Assembly: GCA_038523235.1 (NCBI GenBank) | Contig: JBCBJQ010000100.1 | Location: 1 to 22,095, forward strand | Length of the DNA: 22,095 bases | Source of the DNA: Cyanobacteria bacterium J06626_4 | Lineage (GTDB): Bacteria > Cyanobacteriota > Cyanobacteriia > Phormidesmidales > Phormidesmidaceae | Direction of reading: 5' to 3' | Part shown: one piece after another, positions 7,390 through 15,930 of the stretch | Position numbering within the stretch: position 1 is the stretch's first letter | Layout of the letters: each line of letters opens with the position of its first letter | The notes under the pieces: generated by a model | Told to the model about the DNA's origin: nothing | Seen by the model: only the letters and a program-made list of their open reading frames with translations | Databases searched by the model: none | Translations under genes and position numbers: made by a program

Positions 7390-8901
7390 CTAGTCGACTC
7401 TAGGGGCAGGAAGTTCTTGACCGTTTTGCAACAGCGTGGCGCTTTCTACTGTGCCGTCGGCAGCGATATTGAAAACGATGCGAAATTCCAAGAGACGCGC
7501 AAAGAATTCGGTCTCGGAGGCGGGAAACAGCGGGATTTGTGGCTGCCCAGTGCCTTGAATATGGAGTTGTTCTGACTCAACGGCGATCGCGACCTGAAAG
7601 TCTGGTGTCACTTGGTAAGTTCCGACATAGCGCTCCAATACTTCCGGGGCCAGGGTCACAGCCTCTTCGTTCGTCGGCAGTTGGTAAGGTTGGCCTTTGA
7701 GGATGGCGAGTAAGTCTTCGGCCATGAGGGAAGGATTGGCATGTTCGACATTGCTGAGTACGGCAACAGTAGTCTTCTCCTCGGGCAGGCTACCTAGATA
7801 GGTGACAAAGCCGTTAATGCCGCCCCCGTGAGCAATAAAGCCCTGCGCTCCAATGATGAGTCCGTAACCATAGGACAATTCAGGCGCGTCTTCACCCATC
7901 GATATCTGTGGGGTCTTCATCGCGGCAATGGCAGCATCGCTGAGGATGCCGGCTGGACGATTTTCCGTATTGATCAAAAACTGATGCCAGCGGATGAGGT
8001 CATCCAGGGTCGAATAGAGTCCGCCAGCGCCAGCGGGCACGGCCATGTTGATATATTCCGCCTGTTGGTAGCCCTCCCCGGTGAACTGATAGCCGTTGGC
8101 CAGACCATCAATCACGGCTAGGGGTTGCTCATAACCGGTGTTTTCCAGTCCCAAGGGGGTGAAGAGTTGCGTCTGTAGGTAGTCAGCGTAGGATTGCCCT
8201 GAAACCTGTTCGATGATTTGGGTTAGCAGCACATATCCCGAGTTGCTGTAGCGAAATTGCTCACCCGGCTCAAACTCTAGGGGCAAATCTTGGAAGCGGG
8301 CAATCAGGGCTGCTAAGGTGGTCGGCTGCTTCATCCATTCCAGATAGTCAGGGAAGCTAGTCAGGTTAGGAATGCCAGCGGTATGGGTGAGCAGGTGATG
8401 AATCGTGATGCGCTCGCCATTGGGATAGTCGGGCAGGTACGTAGCGACGGGAGCCTGCACGTCGAGTAAACCTCGATCTTGCAGGTGCAGGATGGCCGCA
8501 GCGGTGAACTGTTTAGTAATCGAGCCAATGCGAAACTTGGTTAAGCGCGCATTGGGCACCTGATGCTCTAGGTTGGCCATGCCATAGCTATTGACGAAGA
8601 GGATTTCGTCAGGCTGGGCGATGACGACAGCTCCCATGAAGCGTCCAGTTTCGTAATGCGCCTGTAAATAGGCATCAAATTCGGCAGTCAGGGTGGAATT
8701 TTGGGCGATCCGTGAAGAGGTAGAAAGGGTCATGTTGGTAGGCTCTTGAGGTGATTTGGATAACGTCAATGTAGGCTCAGTATTCTGAGAGTTGCGTGGG
8801 CTGATAGCAGCGTGAGCAGCCATGACCGGCAAGCCGTTACTGATAAGAATGGCTAGTGCGATCGCGAATTTGGATGAGCTAATCAGGTATTGATCAAACA
8901 T
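7390..8901 (-). CDS. Beta-lactamase-related (class C-like) serine hydrolase with C-terminal DUF3471-like domain
   Basis: FRIGSITKQF (SxxK), LLTHTAG, FRYSNSGY (YxN), HGGGING; C-terminal LERYVGTYQ domain. ATG 8901 (MFDQYL..., followed by a hydrophobic signal) avoids overlap with the upstream gene. Confidence 0.92.
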   Translation of the reverse strand: MFDQYLISSSKFAIALAILISNGLPVMAAHAAISPRNSQNTEPTLTLSKSPQEPTNMTLSTSSRIAQNSTLTAEFDAYLQAHYETGRFMGAVVIAQPDEILFVNSYGMANLEHQVPNARLTKFRIGSITKQFTAAAILHLQDRGLLDVQAPVATYLPDYPNGERITIHHLLTHTAGIPNLTSFPDYLEWMKQPTTLAALIARFQDLPLEFEPGEQFRYSNSGYVLLTQIIEQVSGQSYADYLQTQLFTPLGLENTGYEQPLAVIDGLANGYQFTGEGYQQAEYINMAVPAGAGGLYSTLDDLIRWHQFLINTENRPAGILSDAAIAAMKTPQISMGEDAPELSYGYGLIIGAQGFIAHGGGINGFVTYLGSLPEEKTTVAVLSNVEHANPSLMAEDLLAILKGQPYQLPTNEEAVTLAPEVLERYVGTYQVTPDFQVAIAVESEQLHIQGTGQPQIPLFPASETEFFARLLEFRIVFNIAADGTVESATLLQNGQELPAPRVD

Positions 8902-8912
8902 CAGGAAAAAGT

Positions 8913-9341
8913 CTATGGATGAGGGTGGGCAAGTATGGCTTTCACGACAGCCTGGGCAAAGGCATAGAGTGTGGTTAGGAACCAAACTACAAACGCATAG
9001 AAAAACCAGAGCAGCGTATACGTGTTGGTCATAATGGCGCGGTTGTATCGCTGCAAATAATCCAAAATTTGCTCTGTCGTTTGCACGTCTGCGGGCACAT
9101 CGGGGTAGCCAAAACTATTGAGGCCCGTTGTCAGCGTTTGAACGGTAACGGCGGCAATGCCAAGATAGATCGCCAACAAAGCTAAACTGACCTTGAAGCG
9201 CCGCAAGCTGCCTTTGAGGGAAGGAGACCCTCGATGCTGCCAACGTCGTTGAGCAACTAAAATGCCGATAAGCGCTACAAAAAAAACTGACAACAGTAAA
9301 AAAGGAAATAGAACACCGATTACCTGTAAAAATTGAGTCAT
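8913..9341 (-). CDS. Hypothetical membrane protein (about 3 TM helices)
   Basis: 142-aa ORF with three hydrophobic segments. It ends 11 bp before the serine hydrolase start, which suggests an operon. Confidence 0.75.
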   Translation of the reverse strand: MTQFLQVIGVLFPFLLLSVFFVALIGILVAQRRWQHRGSPSLKGSLRRFKVSLALLAIYLGIAAVTVQTLTTGLNSFGYPDVPADVQTTEQILDYLQRYNRAIMTNTYTLLWFFYAFVVWFLTTLYAFAQAVVKAILAHPHP

Positions 9342-9511
9342 CGCTTTAAACTTTCAACGAAAGAGGGGAGTGAAGCGGGTTTATCTTTGCAATGCGCTAC
9401 GTTGGCGATCGCCAATGCCTTGCCAACCACGCACGTCGTCATTGCGACTGACTCAACACAGCATGTCAGTCAGTCACCTGCGGTAATACCCCTAACCCGG
9501 TATCGATAGCC

Positions 9512-9527
9512 TCACCCAATTGGGCTA
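9512..9527. promoter_or_regulatory. Degenerate TCACCCA-N2-TGGGTGA palindrome
   Basis: TCACCCA-AT-TGGGCTA, about 170 bp upstream of the 9341 start. Confidence 0.45.
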
Positions 9528-9593
9528 ACCAAAATGACGGTTGCCATCAGGTCAACCTCAGCTCTTGCAATTGACCTAACATTGCCTGGTCTA

Positions 9594-9686
9594 GCCCCCC
9601 TGCCCCCCAAATTTTGGGGGTTCTGAGGTCGAAGGCCCCCAGAATTGGGGGCCTTAAAGCCCTCCGGGCATACAAGAAAAGGGGGC
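9594..9686. repeat. Multi-hairpin short dispersed repeat element (cyanobacterial CCCCCA-N-TGGGGG type)
   Basis: Hairpins: CCCCCAAA-T-TTTGGGGG (9604-9620), perfect AAGGCCCCCA-GAAT-TGGGGGCCTT (9632-9655) and GCCC-TCC-GGGC (9659-9669), enclosed by GCCCCC/GGGGGC. From recall it resembles G/C-run dispersed repeats of filamentous cyanobacteria. Confidence 0.65.
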
Positions 9687-9706
9687 AAATGCAGGATATC
9701 GATGTA

Positions 9707-10273
9707 CTAGTGCAAGATGTCAGTCAACCCCGTCACGCGCAAAATGTCGGCACAGGTAACTTCAGGCGGGTTGTGGTGGGTATAAACCGTGTGTTTGGCT
9801 AGTTGAGCGTTGGCCGGATGTTGTAAAAAGTGCTCATTGACGAGTGTGATGTCGCTGGGGCGATCGCGATTGCGCTGGCGCAGAATTTGCCGCGATTCCT
9901 CAATATCTGGCGATGGCAGTAGCAGCACCACATTGGCATAGGGCGCTAGGGCTTGCTGCACTCGCTTAAACAAAGCCGCATCCTCATAGACGGAGTGGCC
10001 CGCGCCAAAGTCAATCACGCAGTCCCGTTGTTCCGCCAATAGGCGCTCTACGGCATAGGCTTCAAACGGTTTCCAGTATTTGAGTACCGCCCCCATGCCC
10101 TCAGCATCTCGTTTTTGTTGAGCCAGGGCTTGGTCATAGCCAATTTCGTCGTAGTAGCCCCACCGCAGATCATCCATCGAGCACTGTGGCAGGGCCAATT
10201 GTTCGGCAAGGAGCTGCCCCTGCGTTGATTTGCCTACCCCAATGGGGCCAATGATGACAATGTCAGAGGGCAT
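9707..10273 (-). CDS. P-loop kinase, shikimate kinase-like
   Basis: Walker A IIGPIGVGKST, followed by SMDD and VIDFGAG, as in shikimate/NMP-kinase-like folds. Substrate unknown. Confidence 0.82.
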   Translation of the reverse strand: MPSDIVIIGPIGVGKSTQGQLLAEQLALPQCSMDDLRWGYYDEIGYDQALAQQKRDAEGMGAVLKYWKPFEAYAVERLLAEQRDCVIDFGAGHSVYEDAALFKRVQQALAPYANVVLLLPSPDIEESRQILRQRNRDRPSDITLVNEHFLQHPANAQLAKHTVYTHHNPPEVTCADILRVTGLTDILH

Positions 10274-10425
10274 ACTGGCTCCTTTTCAAGCAATCAAGTA
10301 GGGGCGATCACGACTTCTCTAACGCCTGCCGCGTCTACAGGTGGGGTTGAAGTTGAATTAACAAATCACTGTTTTGGGCTGTGGAAAATTGCAGTGAAGG
10401 GAATAGCACGCTGCATGTATGAGAA

Positions 10426-11226
10426 CTACTTTGACGGCGCAGCGACACTACCGGCTAAGATCCCACCATCGACATTGAGCTCGATTCCAGTGACGTATTT
10501 TGATTCATCACTGGCTAAATACAACGCGGCATAGGCGACATCTTCTGGAGTTCCCATCACTTTTAGCGGTATATCAGCGGCGATTCCTTTGATGGCCGCC
10601 TCTCTTGGTTCTCCCTCGCCCAGCATGGCGTCCCACAGGGGCGTGAGAATCGCGCCGGGATGAATCGAGTTACATCGAATGGGATAGCCCTTTTCAGCGC
10701 AATACAGGGCGACTGATTTGGTGTGATTACGGACTGCGGCTTTACTCGATGCATAAGCCACGGCTGCCGGTATTCCCACTAATCCTGATCGGGAGGAGAT
10801 ATTGACGATACTGGCCCGATTCGAGGTTTTCATGAGCCTGATGGCATACTTACACCCCAACGCCACCCCATCTAGATTGGTGGCATGAACTTGGTGCCAG
10901 CTGGCCATATCGAGATTCTCTGGGTCATGGGGGCCGCTGGTTTCGACAAAGCCCGTGATGCCCGCATTGTTGATAACGATATCTAAACGACCATACTTTT
11001 CCACAATATAGTCAGCGATCGCTTGCCATTCGGCCTCTACTGAAACATCAAGATGCCGATATTCAGAACTGCCTGAAACTGTTTGTTCAGATGCTTCGCC
11101 CAAAACATCATTAATGTCACTCAAAATCACCGTTGCCCCTTCCTGGGCAAGCAACTTTGCCACTGATAGCCCGATGCCTCTGGCCGCACCCGTGACTAAC
11201 GCGATTTTTCCTTCAACTCTTGGCAT
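10426..11226 (-). CDS. Classical short-chain dehydrogenase/reductase (hydroxysteroid dehydrogenase-like)
   Basis: [39 protein letters not shown]. Confidence 0.96.
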   Translation of the reverse strand: MPRVEGKIALVTGAARGIGLSVAKLLAQEGATVILSDINDVLGEASEQTVSGSSEYRHLDVSVEAEWQAIADYIVEKYGRLDIVINNAGITGFVETSGPHDPENLDMASWHQVHATNLDGVALGCKYAIRLMKTSNRASIVNISSRSGLVGIPAAVAYASSKAAVRNHTKSVALYCAEKGYPIRCNSIHPGAILTPLWDAMLGEGEPREAAIKGIAADIPLKVMGTPEDVAYAALYLASDESKYVTGIELNVDGGILAGSVAAPSK

Positions 11227-11446
11227 AAACTCTCCGTAATCCAGTAATGCCCCGATTATCTTGTGTCAGATGAAACACTCTATTTAATCGGGTTCAATAT
11301 ATCCGTTTTCAATCAAAAAGTGGAATATTGGAATAGAGGAAAGCAAGGCAATAAAAGCACCCAAACTGAATACCTTCAACTCTTCAAAGTCAGAAGCTTT
11401 CCAGAGTGCGATCGCAATCAGCAGATCCCTGGGTCACTGACGTAGT

Positions 11447-11845
11447 TCATGACATATAACGATTCACGCCGAATTCTCGATCGTCCCATTTGGCTGCATC
11501 CAGCAATCGTTCACGCCGCAAAGTAGGCCGATAATCGCGAATTTCGGTCATTGGTATCCATCCGCCTTCACAATCAAAGTCAAACAGACAGGCGACTTCT
11601 TTCAGATCAGACCAACGCAAAACGGTACGAAGGATTAATGCGCAATAAAGCCAATTTGCCAGGTGCCGAAGCAAAAAGTAGTAAACCGGCCAAAGCAACG
11701 CCATCGCCACTAAGGATGAAACAACAAAGAGAAATCCTCCTGAGATTGGGACATCTAAAGTGATTAGAACTACCACTACACCGACCGCTGCTATAACGAG
11801 CAAGAATTTTGCAAAGAGGTTGAAGATATGTGTGTAGATAATCAT
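11447..11845 (-). CDS. Hypothetical membrane protein
   Basis: 132-aa ORF with two N-terminal hydrophobic helices and no recognisable motif. Confidence 0.55.
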   Translation of the reverse strand: MIIYTHIFNLFAKFLLVIAAVGVVVVLITLDVPISGGFLFVVSSLVAMALLWPVYYFLLRHLANWLYCALILRTVLRWSDLKEVACLFDFDCEGGWIPMTEIRDYRPTLRRERLLDAAKWDDREFGVNRYMS

Positions 11846-11869
11846 GCAATTGTGGAGTTGAAACGATGA

Positions 11870-12130
11870 ACGATGAGGGGGTTAAAAAGTAGGGATAATA
11901 CTTCCTGGCCATACTATTTTTTAGCCCGATAGGCGGGAGCACCATCGAGTGGCATCACGGCCCCCGAATGGCCCAATTGTTGCGATAGCTCATCAAGAAA
12001 CTGTTGGAGTGGTCACTGTTGAGGTGGTCGTGCGTTTGTTTCCATTGCCAACCGGTTGAGGGGTCGGCGACCCCATAGAGCCAAAAGGCTTCGCGGGGCC
12101 AAGCAACTTTTAACTTTCGGTTTGACGCCC
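11870..12130 (-). mobile_element. Degraded IS630-family transposase fragment
   Basis: Read across several frameshifts and a stop, the minus strand gives GVKPKVK..WPREAFWLYGVADP..GWQWKQTHDHLNSDH.QQFLDELSQQLGHSGAVMPLDGAPAYRAKKIVWPGSIIPTF*PPH. This matches the IS630 DDE core pattern (GVKP...WLYG.V.P.TG...F..FL......LD.A..H...WP.NI.P.FQPP). Confidence 0.75.
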
Positions 12131-12136
12131 TATGGA

Positions 12137-12643
12137 TTAACTATCGTTGGGGTTAGCACTGTCAAACTCTGATAGAACTGAGCGTTTAGGTGACGATTCG
12201 TGTCTCAAAACCAGACCGACTGCTGCAAACTCCTCATTGCCTGCGAGCTTGCCCTCAATGCGCTTTACCACTTTGAAACCTTCAGAGAGATAGAGCTTGA
12301 GAGCGGGTGTATTGCCTTCAAGTACCTCCAGTTCTATTGCCGAGGTTGAGTCTGCTACAGCATGGCGAATCAGCGATCGCCCTACCCCTCGTTTATAAAA
12401 CTGCGGATCGACATAAAGCCAAGTGAGTTCATCGTCACTGTAAGCGACGAATCCTCGTATAACACCATCCACTTCTGCGACCACCAGCTTGCCGTCAAAG
12501 AGCCCTTCGCTTTCGGCAGTCTGCTCAAGGGTCAGAAACGCCTCCGTACCGACCGTTAAGCTGAGTTCATCTAGACGGGAGGCATCATGTATTTCACATA
12601 GCCTCTGCCAGTCAGTCGATTTGTAAGCACGGCTGTTTACCAT
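12137..12643 (-). CDS. GNAT family N-acetyltransferase
   Basis: LTWLYVDPQFYKRGVGRSLI (motif A) and LEVLEGNTPALKLYLSEGF (motif B). Confidence 0.93.
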   Translation of the reverse strand: MVNSRAYKSTDWQRLCEIHDASRLDELSLTVGTEAFLTLEQTAESEGLFDGKLVVAEVDGVIRGFVAYSDDELTWLYVDPQFYKRGVGRSLIRHAVADSTSAIELEVLEGNTPALKLYLSEGFKVVKRIEGKLAGNEEFAAVGLVLRHESSPKRSVLSEFDSANPNDS

Positions 12644-12776
12644 TAGTCATCTCCAGGGCTTAGAAGCGTTACTTAAAGCGCCTCAAATTCATATCTTGTG
12701 CTCTGGGCAGGCTCCCGGTTTCGTGGCTAGGGCTTGAGTATTCAAGGATTGCCAACCGAAACTGGGAATATGATTC

Positions 12777-15038
12777 TCAGACGAGAGCACGTCCTTCGGC
12801 AGCTCCGAAGACTGCATAGTGCAGGAAGCCGGACGCCAAGCTGCCCTGTGAGACCGCTGCCGCGACATCTGAATGCGCGTTCAGATAGGCTTCATTACTG
12901 AATAAACTACTGGGGTCGCGCCCTTCCGATGCACCAAATCGAGCAAAATGGTCAAACCCGCTAGCGAATATTCCAGCTTGAACGGCATCTGCAACATCAG
13001 AATTTTGAGCAAGGTAGAAATCCTCTTGGAATAGAGAGCGTTCGGGTAAACGCCCCTCTTGTGCTCCCGCTTCCACATAGTGCTCAAAGCCGCTGCCGAA
13101 ACCACCCGCCTGCACCGCCGCTGCGACGTCAGTATAAAGCGCCAAATATTCTGCTTCATTAAATAACTGACTAGGATTGCGGCCCTCTAGATGACCAAAC
13201 AGGAGGAAGTGCTGCAAGCCACTGTCGATCAAACCATCATCAACGGCATTGGCGACATCCGAGTTGGCAGCCAGGTACGCTTGTTCATTAAATAGAGAAT
13301 TGCTATTGCGCCCCTCCGCTAAACCGAATTGAATGAAATGGTCAAATCCAGAACTAAATTGTCCATTATCGATAGCTGCAGCGATATCAGGATTCTGACT
13401 GAGGTAGTAGCCCTCATCGAGGAATTGACCCAGATTGATGCCACCAACTTCCACTGGGGTATAAGGAATGTCACCAACAACTGGACGAATGATTTGTCGT
13501 GATAGCTCGAAGCTAAAAAAGTTGCTGGATGACGCTAGATCTCGACGTCCAAATATGACATAACTCTCTCCAGCCTCTTGGTTATTGCTGAATTCGGCAT
13601 CAGAAGCCCCGATAATTAGGTCATCGATACCATCGCCATTGATATCCCCCGCCGCGCTGACCGAACGTCCAGAGAAGTCAAAAGCATTAATACCAGCGAT
13701 CGCAAAGCCATTCCTACCATTCAGCGTTACCAGATCCAGACGAGCATCAAAGCCAATATCAGAGCCAAACACCACGTAGCTTTCGCCAGCAGACCGATTG
13801 CCGTTAGGGCTAGCACCAGAGGCCCCAATAATCAGGTCATCAATGCCGTCACCATTAATATCTCCGGCACCGCTCACCGATACTCCAGAGCCACCCCCCG
13901 GACTCACCCCGCCGATCACAAAACCATTGCTGCCGTTAAGGGTCGCCAGATTGAGTCGGGCGTTAAAGCCAGTATCAGAGCCAAACACCACATAGCTTTC
14001 GCCAGCATTATTGGTGTCGGCACCGGGGGAGCCAACAATCAGATCATCAATGCCGTCACCATTGATATCTCCGGCACCGCTTACCGAAATGCCAGCGCGG
14101 TCCCCTGGACTCAACCCACTGATCGCAAAACCATTGCTGCCATTAAGGGCCGCCAGATTGAGTCGGGCATCAAAGTCAGTATCCGTACCAAATACGATGT
14201 AGCTTTCGCCAGACCGATTGCCGTTCGGGCTAGCACCGGAGGCCCCAATAATTAGGTCACCAATGCCGTCACCATTGATATCTCCAGCCCCGCTTACCGA
14301 AATGCCAGCGCGGTCCCCTGGACTCACCCCACCGATCGCAAAACCATTGCTGCCATTCAGCGCTGCCAGATTGAGTCGGGCATCAAAGCCAATATCAGAG
14401 CCAAACACCACGTAGCTTTCGCCAGACCGATTGCCGTTCGGGCTAGCACCAGAGGCCCCGATAATTAGGTCATCAATGCCGTCGCCATTAATATCTCCGG
14501 CACCGCTTACCGAAACGCCAGCGAGATTATTCTCATCAATGCCAGCCAGGATAAAGCCATTGTCGCCGTCAAGAGTCGCGAGATCAAACCGGGTGTTAAA
14601 ACCAGTATTGGAACCGAACACCACATAGCTCTCTCCGGCCCTCAGGTTACCGTTGGATGCACCACCGGTAGCTCCGATAATCAGGTCGTCAATGCCGTCA
14701 CCGTTGACATCCCCTGCTCCACTGACTGAACCTCCAGAGACGTCACCGGCATCAATACCGGCGATGACAAAACCGTTGCGGCCGTCGAGGGTCGCGAGGT
14801 CGAGTTGGGCATTAAAGCCAGTATTGGAGCCATACGCCACGTAACTCTCTCCAGCAGACTCAGTGCCGTTAGGGCTAGCACCGATAGCTCCAATAATCAG
14901 GTCAGCAATGCCATCACCATTGATATCCCCTGCCCCACTGACCGAACTTCCAGAGAAGTCATCCGCATCGATACCGGAAAGGACAAAGCCGTTGCTGCCA
15001 TCAAGGGCAGACAAATTTAGAACTGGCAAAAAGGTCAT
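12777..15038 (-). CDS. FG-GAP (integrin-alpha beta-propeller) repeat protein with five C-terminal ~43-aa repeats
   Basis: Seven GAGD(I/V)NGDGIxDLI(I/V)G...GESYVxFG repeats of about 71 aa. Five C-terminal repeats of the form F.E..YL..N.DVA.AV..G...SGF.H...G..EGR, as seen in cyanobacterial surface proteins. Confidence 0.92.
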   Translation of the reverse strand: MTFLPVLNLSALDGSNGFVLSGIDADDFSGSSVSGAGDINGDGIADLIIGAIGASPNGTESAGESYVAYGSNTGFNAQLDLATLDGRNGFVIAGIDAGDVSGGSVSGAGDVNGDGIDDLIIGATGGASNGNLRAGESYVVFGSNTGFNTRFDLATLDGDNGFILAGIDENNLAGVSVSGAGDINGDGIDDLIIGASGASPNGNRSGESYVVFGSDIGFDARLNLAALNGSNGFAIGGVSPGDRAGISVSGAGDINGDGIGDLIIGASGASPNGNRSGESYIVFGTDTDFDARLNLAALNGSNGFAISGLSPGDRAGISVSGAGDINGDGIDDLIVGSPGADTNNAGESYVVFGSDTGFNARLNLATLNGSNGFVIGGVSPGGGSGVSVSGAGDINGDGIDDLIIGASGASPNGNRSAGESYVVFGSDIGFDARLDLVTLNGRNGFAIAGINAFDFSGRSVSAAGDINGDGIDDLIIGASDAEFSNNQEAGESYVIFGRRDLASSSNFFSFELSRQIIRPVVGDIPYTPVEVGGINLGQFLDEGYYLSQNPDIAAAIDNGQFSSGFDHFIQFGLAEGRNSNSLFNEQAYLAANSDVANAVDDGLIDSGLQHFLLFGHLEGRNPSQLFNEAEYLALYTDVAAAVQAGGFGSGFEHYVEAGAQEGRLPERSLFQEDFYLAQNSDVADAVQAGIFASGFDHFARFGASEGRDPSSLFSNEAYLNAHSDVAAAVSQGSLASGFLHYAVFGAAEGRALV

Positions 15039-15186
15039 GATTCTTTTTCTATGTGTAATCTAGGTCAGAAAATATTGGTCCGTATAGGAGTCAGGATGAA
15101 TAAGGTAATTAGAGTGCTGGCCTAGCTCTTGTTCCTCAAATTCTGCGGAGATAAGAACTCCTTGCTCCATAGGGCTCAACCTCTTG

Positions 15187-15312
15187 AAAATATGCTGCTG
15201 TTTGCTATCTTTCCTACCTGCATGTGGGTCATTCTCTAGAGGGGGGACGCACCCAATGGGATCACCCCGATTGCTCGTACTGGTTGGGAGATGCCATCAC
15301 CCAACTGGGTGA
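15187..15312 (-). promoter_or_regulatory. Putative regulated promoter of the FG-GAP gene with TCACCCA/TGGGTGA sites
   Basis: Perfect TCACCCA-AC-TGGGTGA at 15297-15312 and CTACCTG-CATG-TGGGTCA at 15214-15231. On the minus strand a -10-like TATTTT (15192-15187) lies 21 nt further on. Confidence 0.55.
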
Positions 15313-15445
15313 CCCTAATTGCAGGGATTGACTCATCGAACACCTCTCAATGAGCTGCGGCGATCGCGAATTTATAACCATCATTCTGTGCCCGTAGAGA
15401 ACTCTCTAGGCTTCGTTGTTGCTAGGATTGGTAACATCGACGGGC

Positions 15446-15890
15446 TCTCGTCAGCCCTGACCGCAGCGGTAATCGGGCCATCAGCGAGATTGAGCTCGGT
15501 GCTCAAGGGCGAATTGTGCATCTCAAAGGCTACGGCATGATCCGAGTGTTCAAAATCGTTGCCCCAGACGACGACATTGATTACTGAGCCACCAATGATT
15601 TAGCGATGAATGAATTGCAGCGCCTGAAGTGGGCGGACTGCGAGTGGTCGATTAAGGAGTCCCATCGCGGTCTAAAACAGTGTTGCGGGGTCGAAAGAGC
15701 CCAAGTCCGCTCCTCACGGGCACAGCGTAATCACATTGGTTTTGCGATTCGAGCGTTTCTGCGTCTAGAGATGCACTGGTTCACGACCGGAGTGAGTTGG
15801 TATGAGGCCAAACTCAGGATTGTTCGGGACGCCATGCGATCCTATTTAGCGGCTCCCAAGATCACTCTTTCGCCAACTGCATAAGTCCTG
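15446..15890 (+). mobile_element. Truncated IS701-family element (3' transposase fragment and right end)
   Basis: In-frame LVSPDRSGNRAISEIELGAQGRIVHLKGYGMIRVFKIVAPDDDIDY*ATNDLAM...WSIKESHRGLKQCCGVERAQVRSSRAQRNHI...PTA*, with a premature TGA at 15585-15587. The end TGCATAAGTCCTG (15878-15890) resembles the cyanobacterial IS701-type terminus CAGGACTTA(C/T)GCA. The 5' part is absent. Confidence 0.85.
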
Positions 15891-15930
15891 ATATTTTGTC
15901 TCCATTAATGAGCCCTACCGTCGAACCTTG

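Noticed and set aside
8902..8985. Cys-rich N-terminal extension (LCLCPGCRESHTC) of the serine hydrolase
   Set aside because: It overlaps the upstream gene; ATG 8901 gives a normal signal-like N-terminus.
11284..11433. Minus-strand hydrophobic frame DLLIAIALWKASDFEELKVFSLGAFIALLSSIPIFHFLIENGYIEPD*
   Set aside because: There is no convincing start after the upstream in-frame stop. It may be a gene remnant but cannot be supported without a search.
13585..15063. Seven similar ~65-aa plus-strand ORFs (MP.GLAPEAPIIRSSMPSPLISPAP...) resembling a peptide array
   Set aside because: They are antisense shadows of the FG-GAP repeats on the minus strand.
15319..15540. 73-aa ORF upstream of the IS701 fragment
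   Set aside because: Its 3' half is an alternative frame over the transposase remnant and it has no protein motif.
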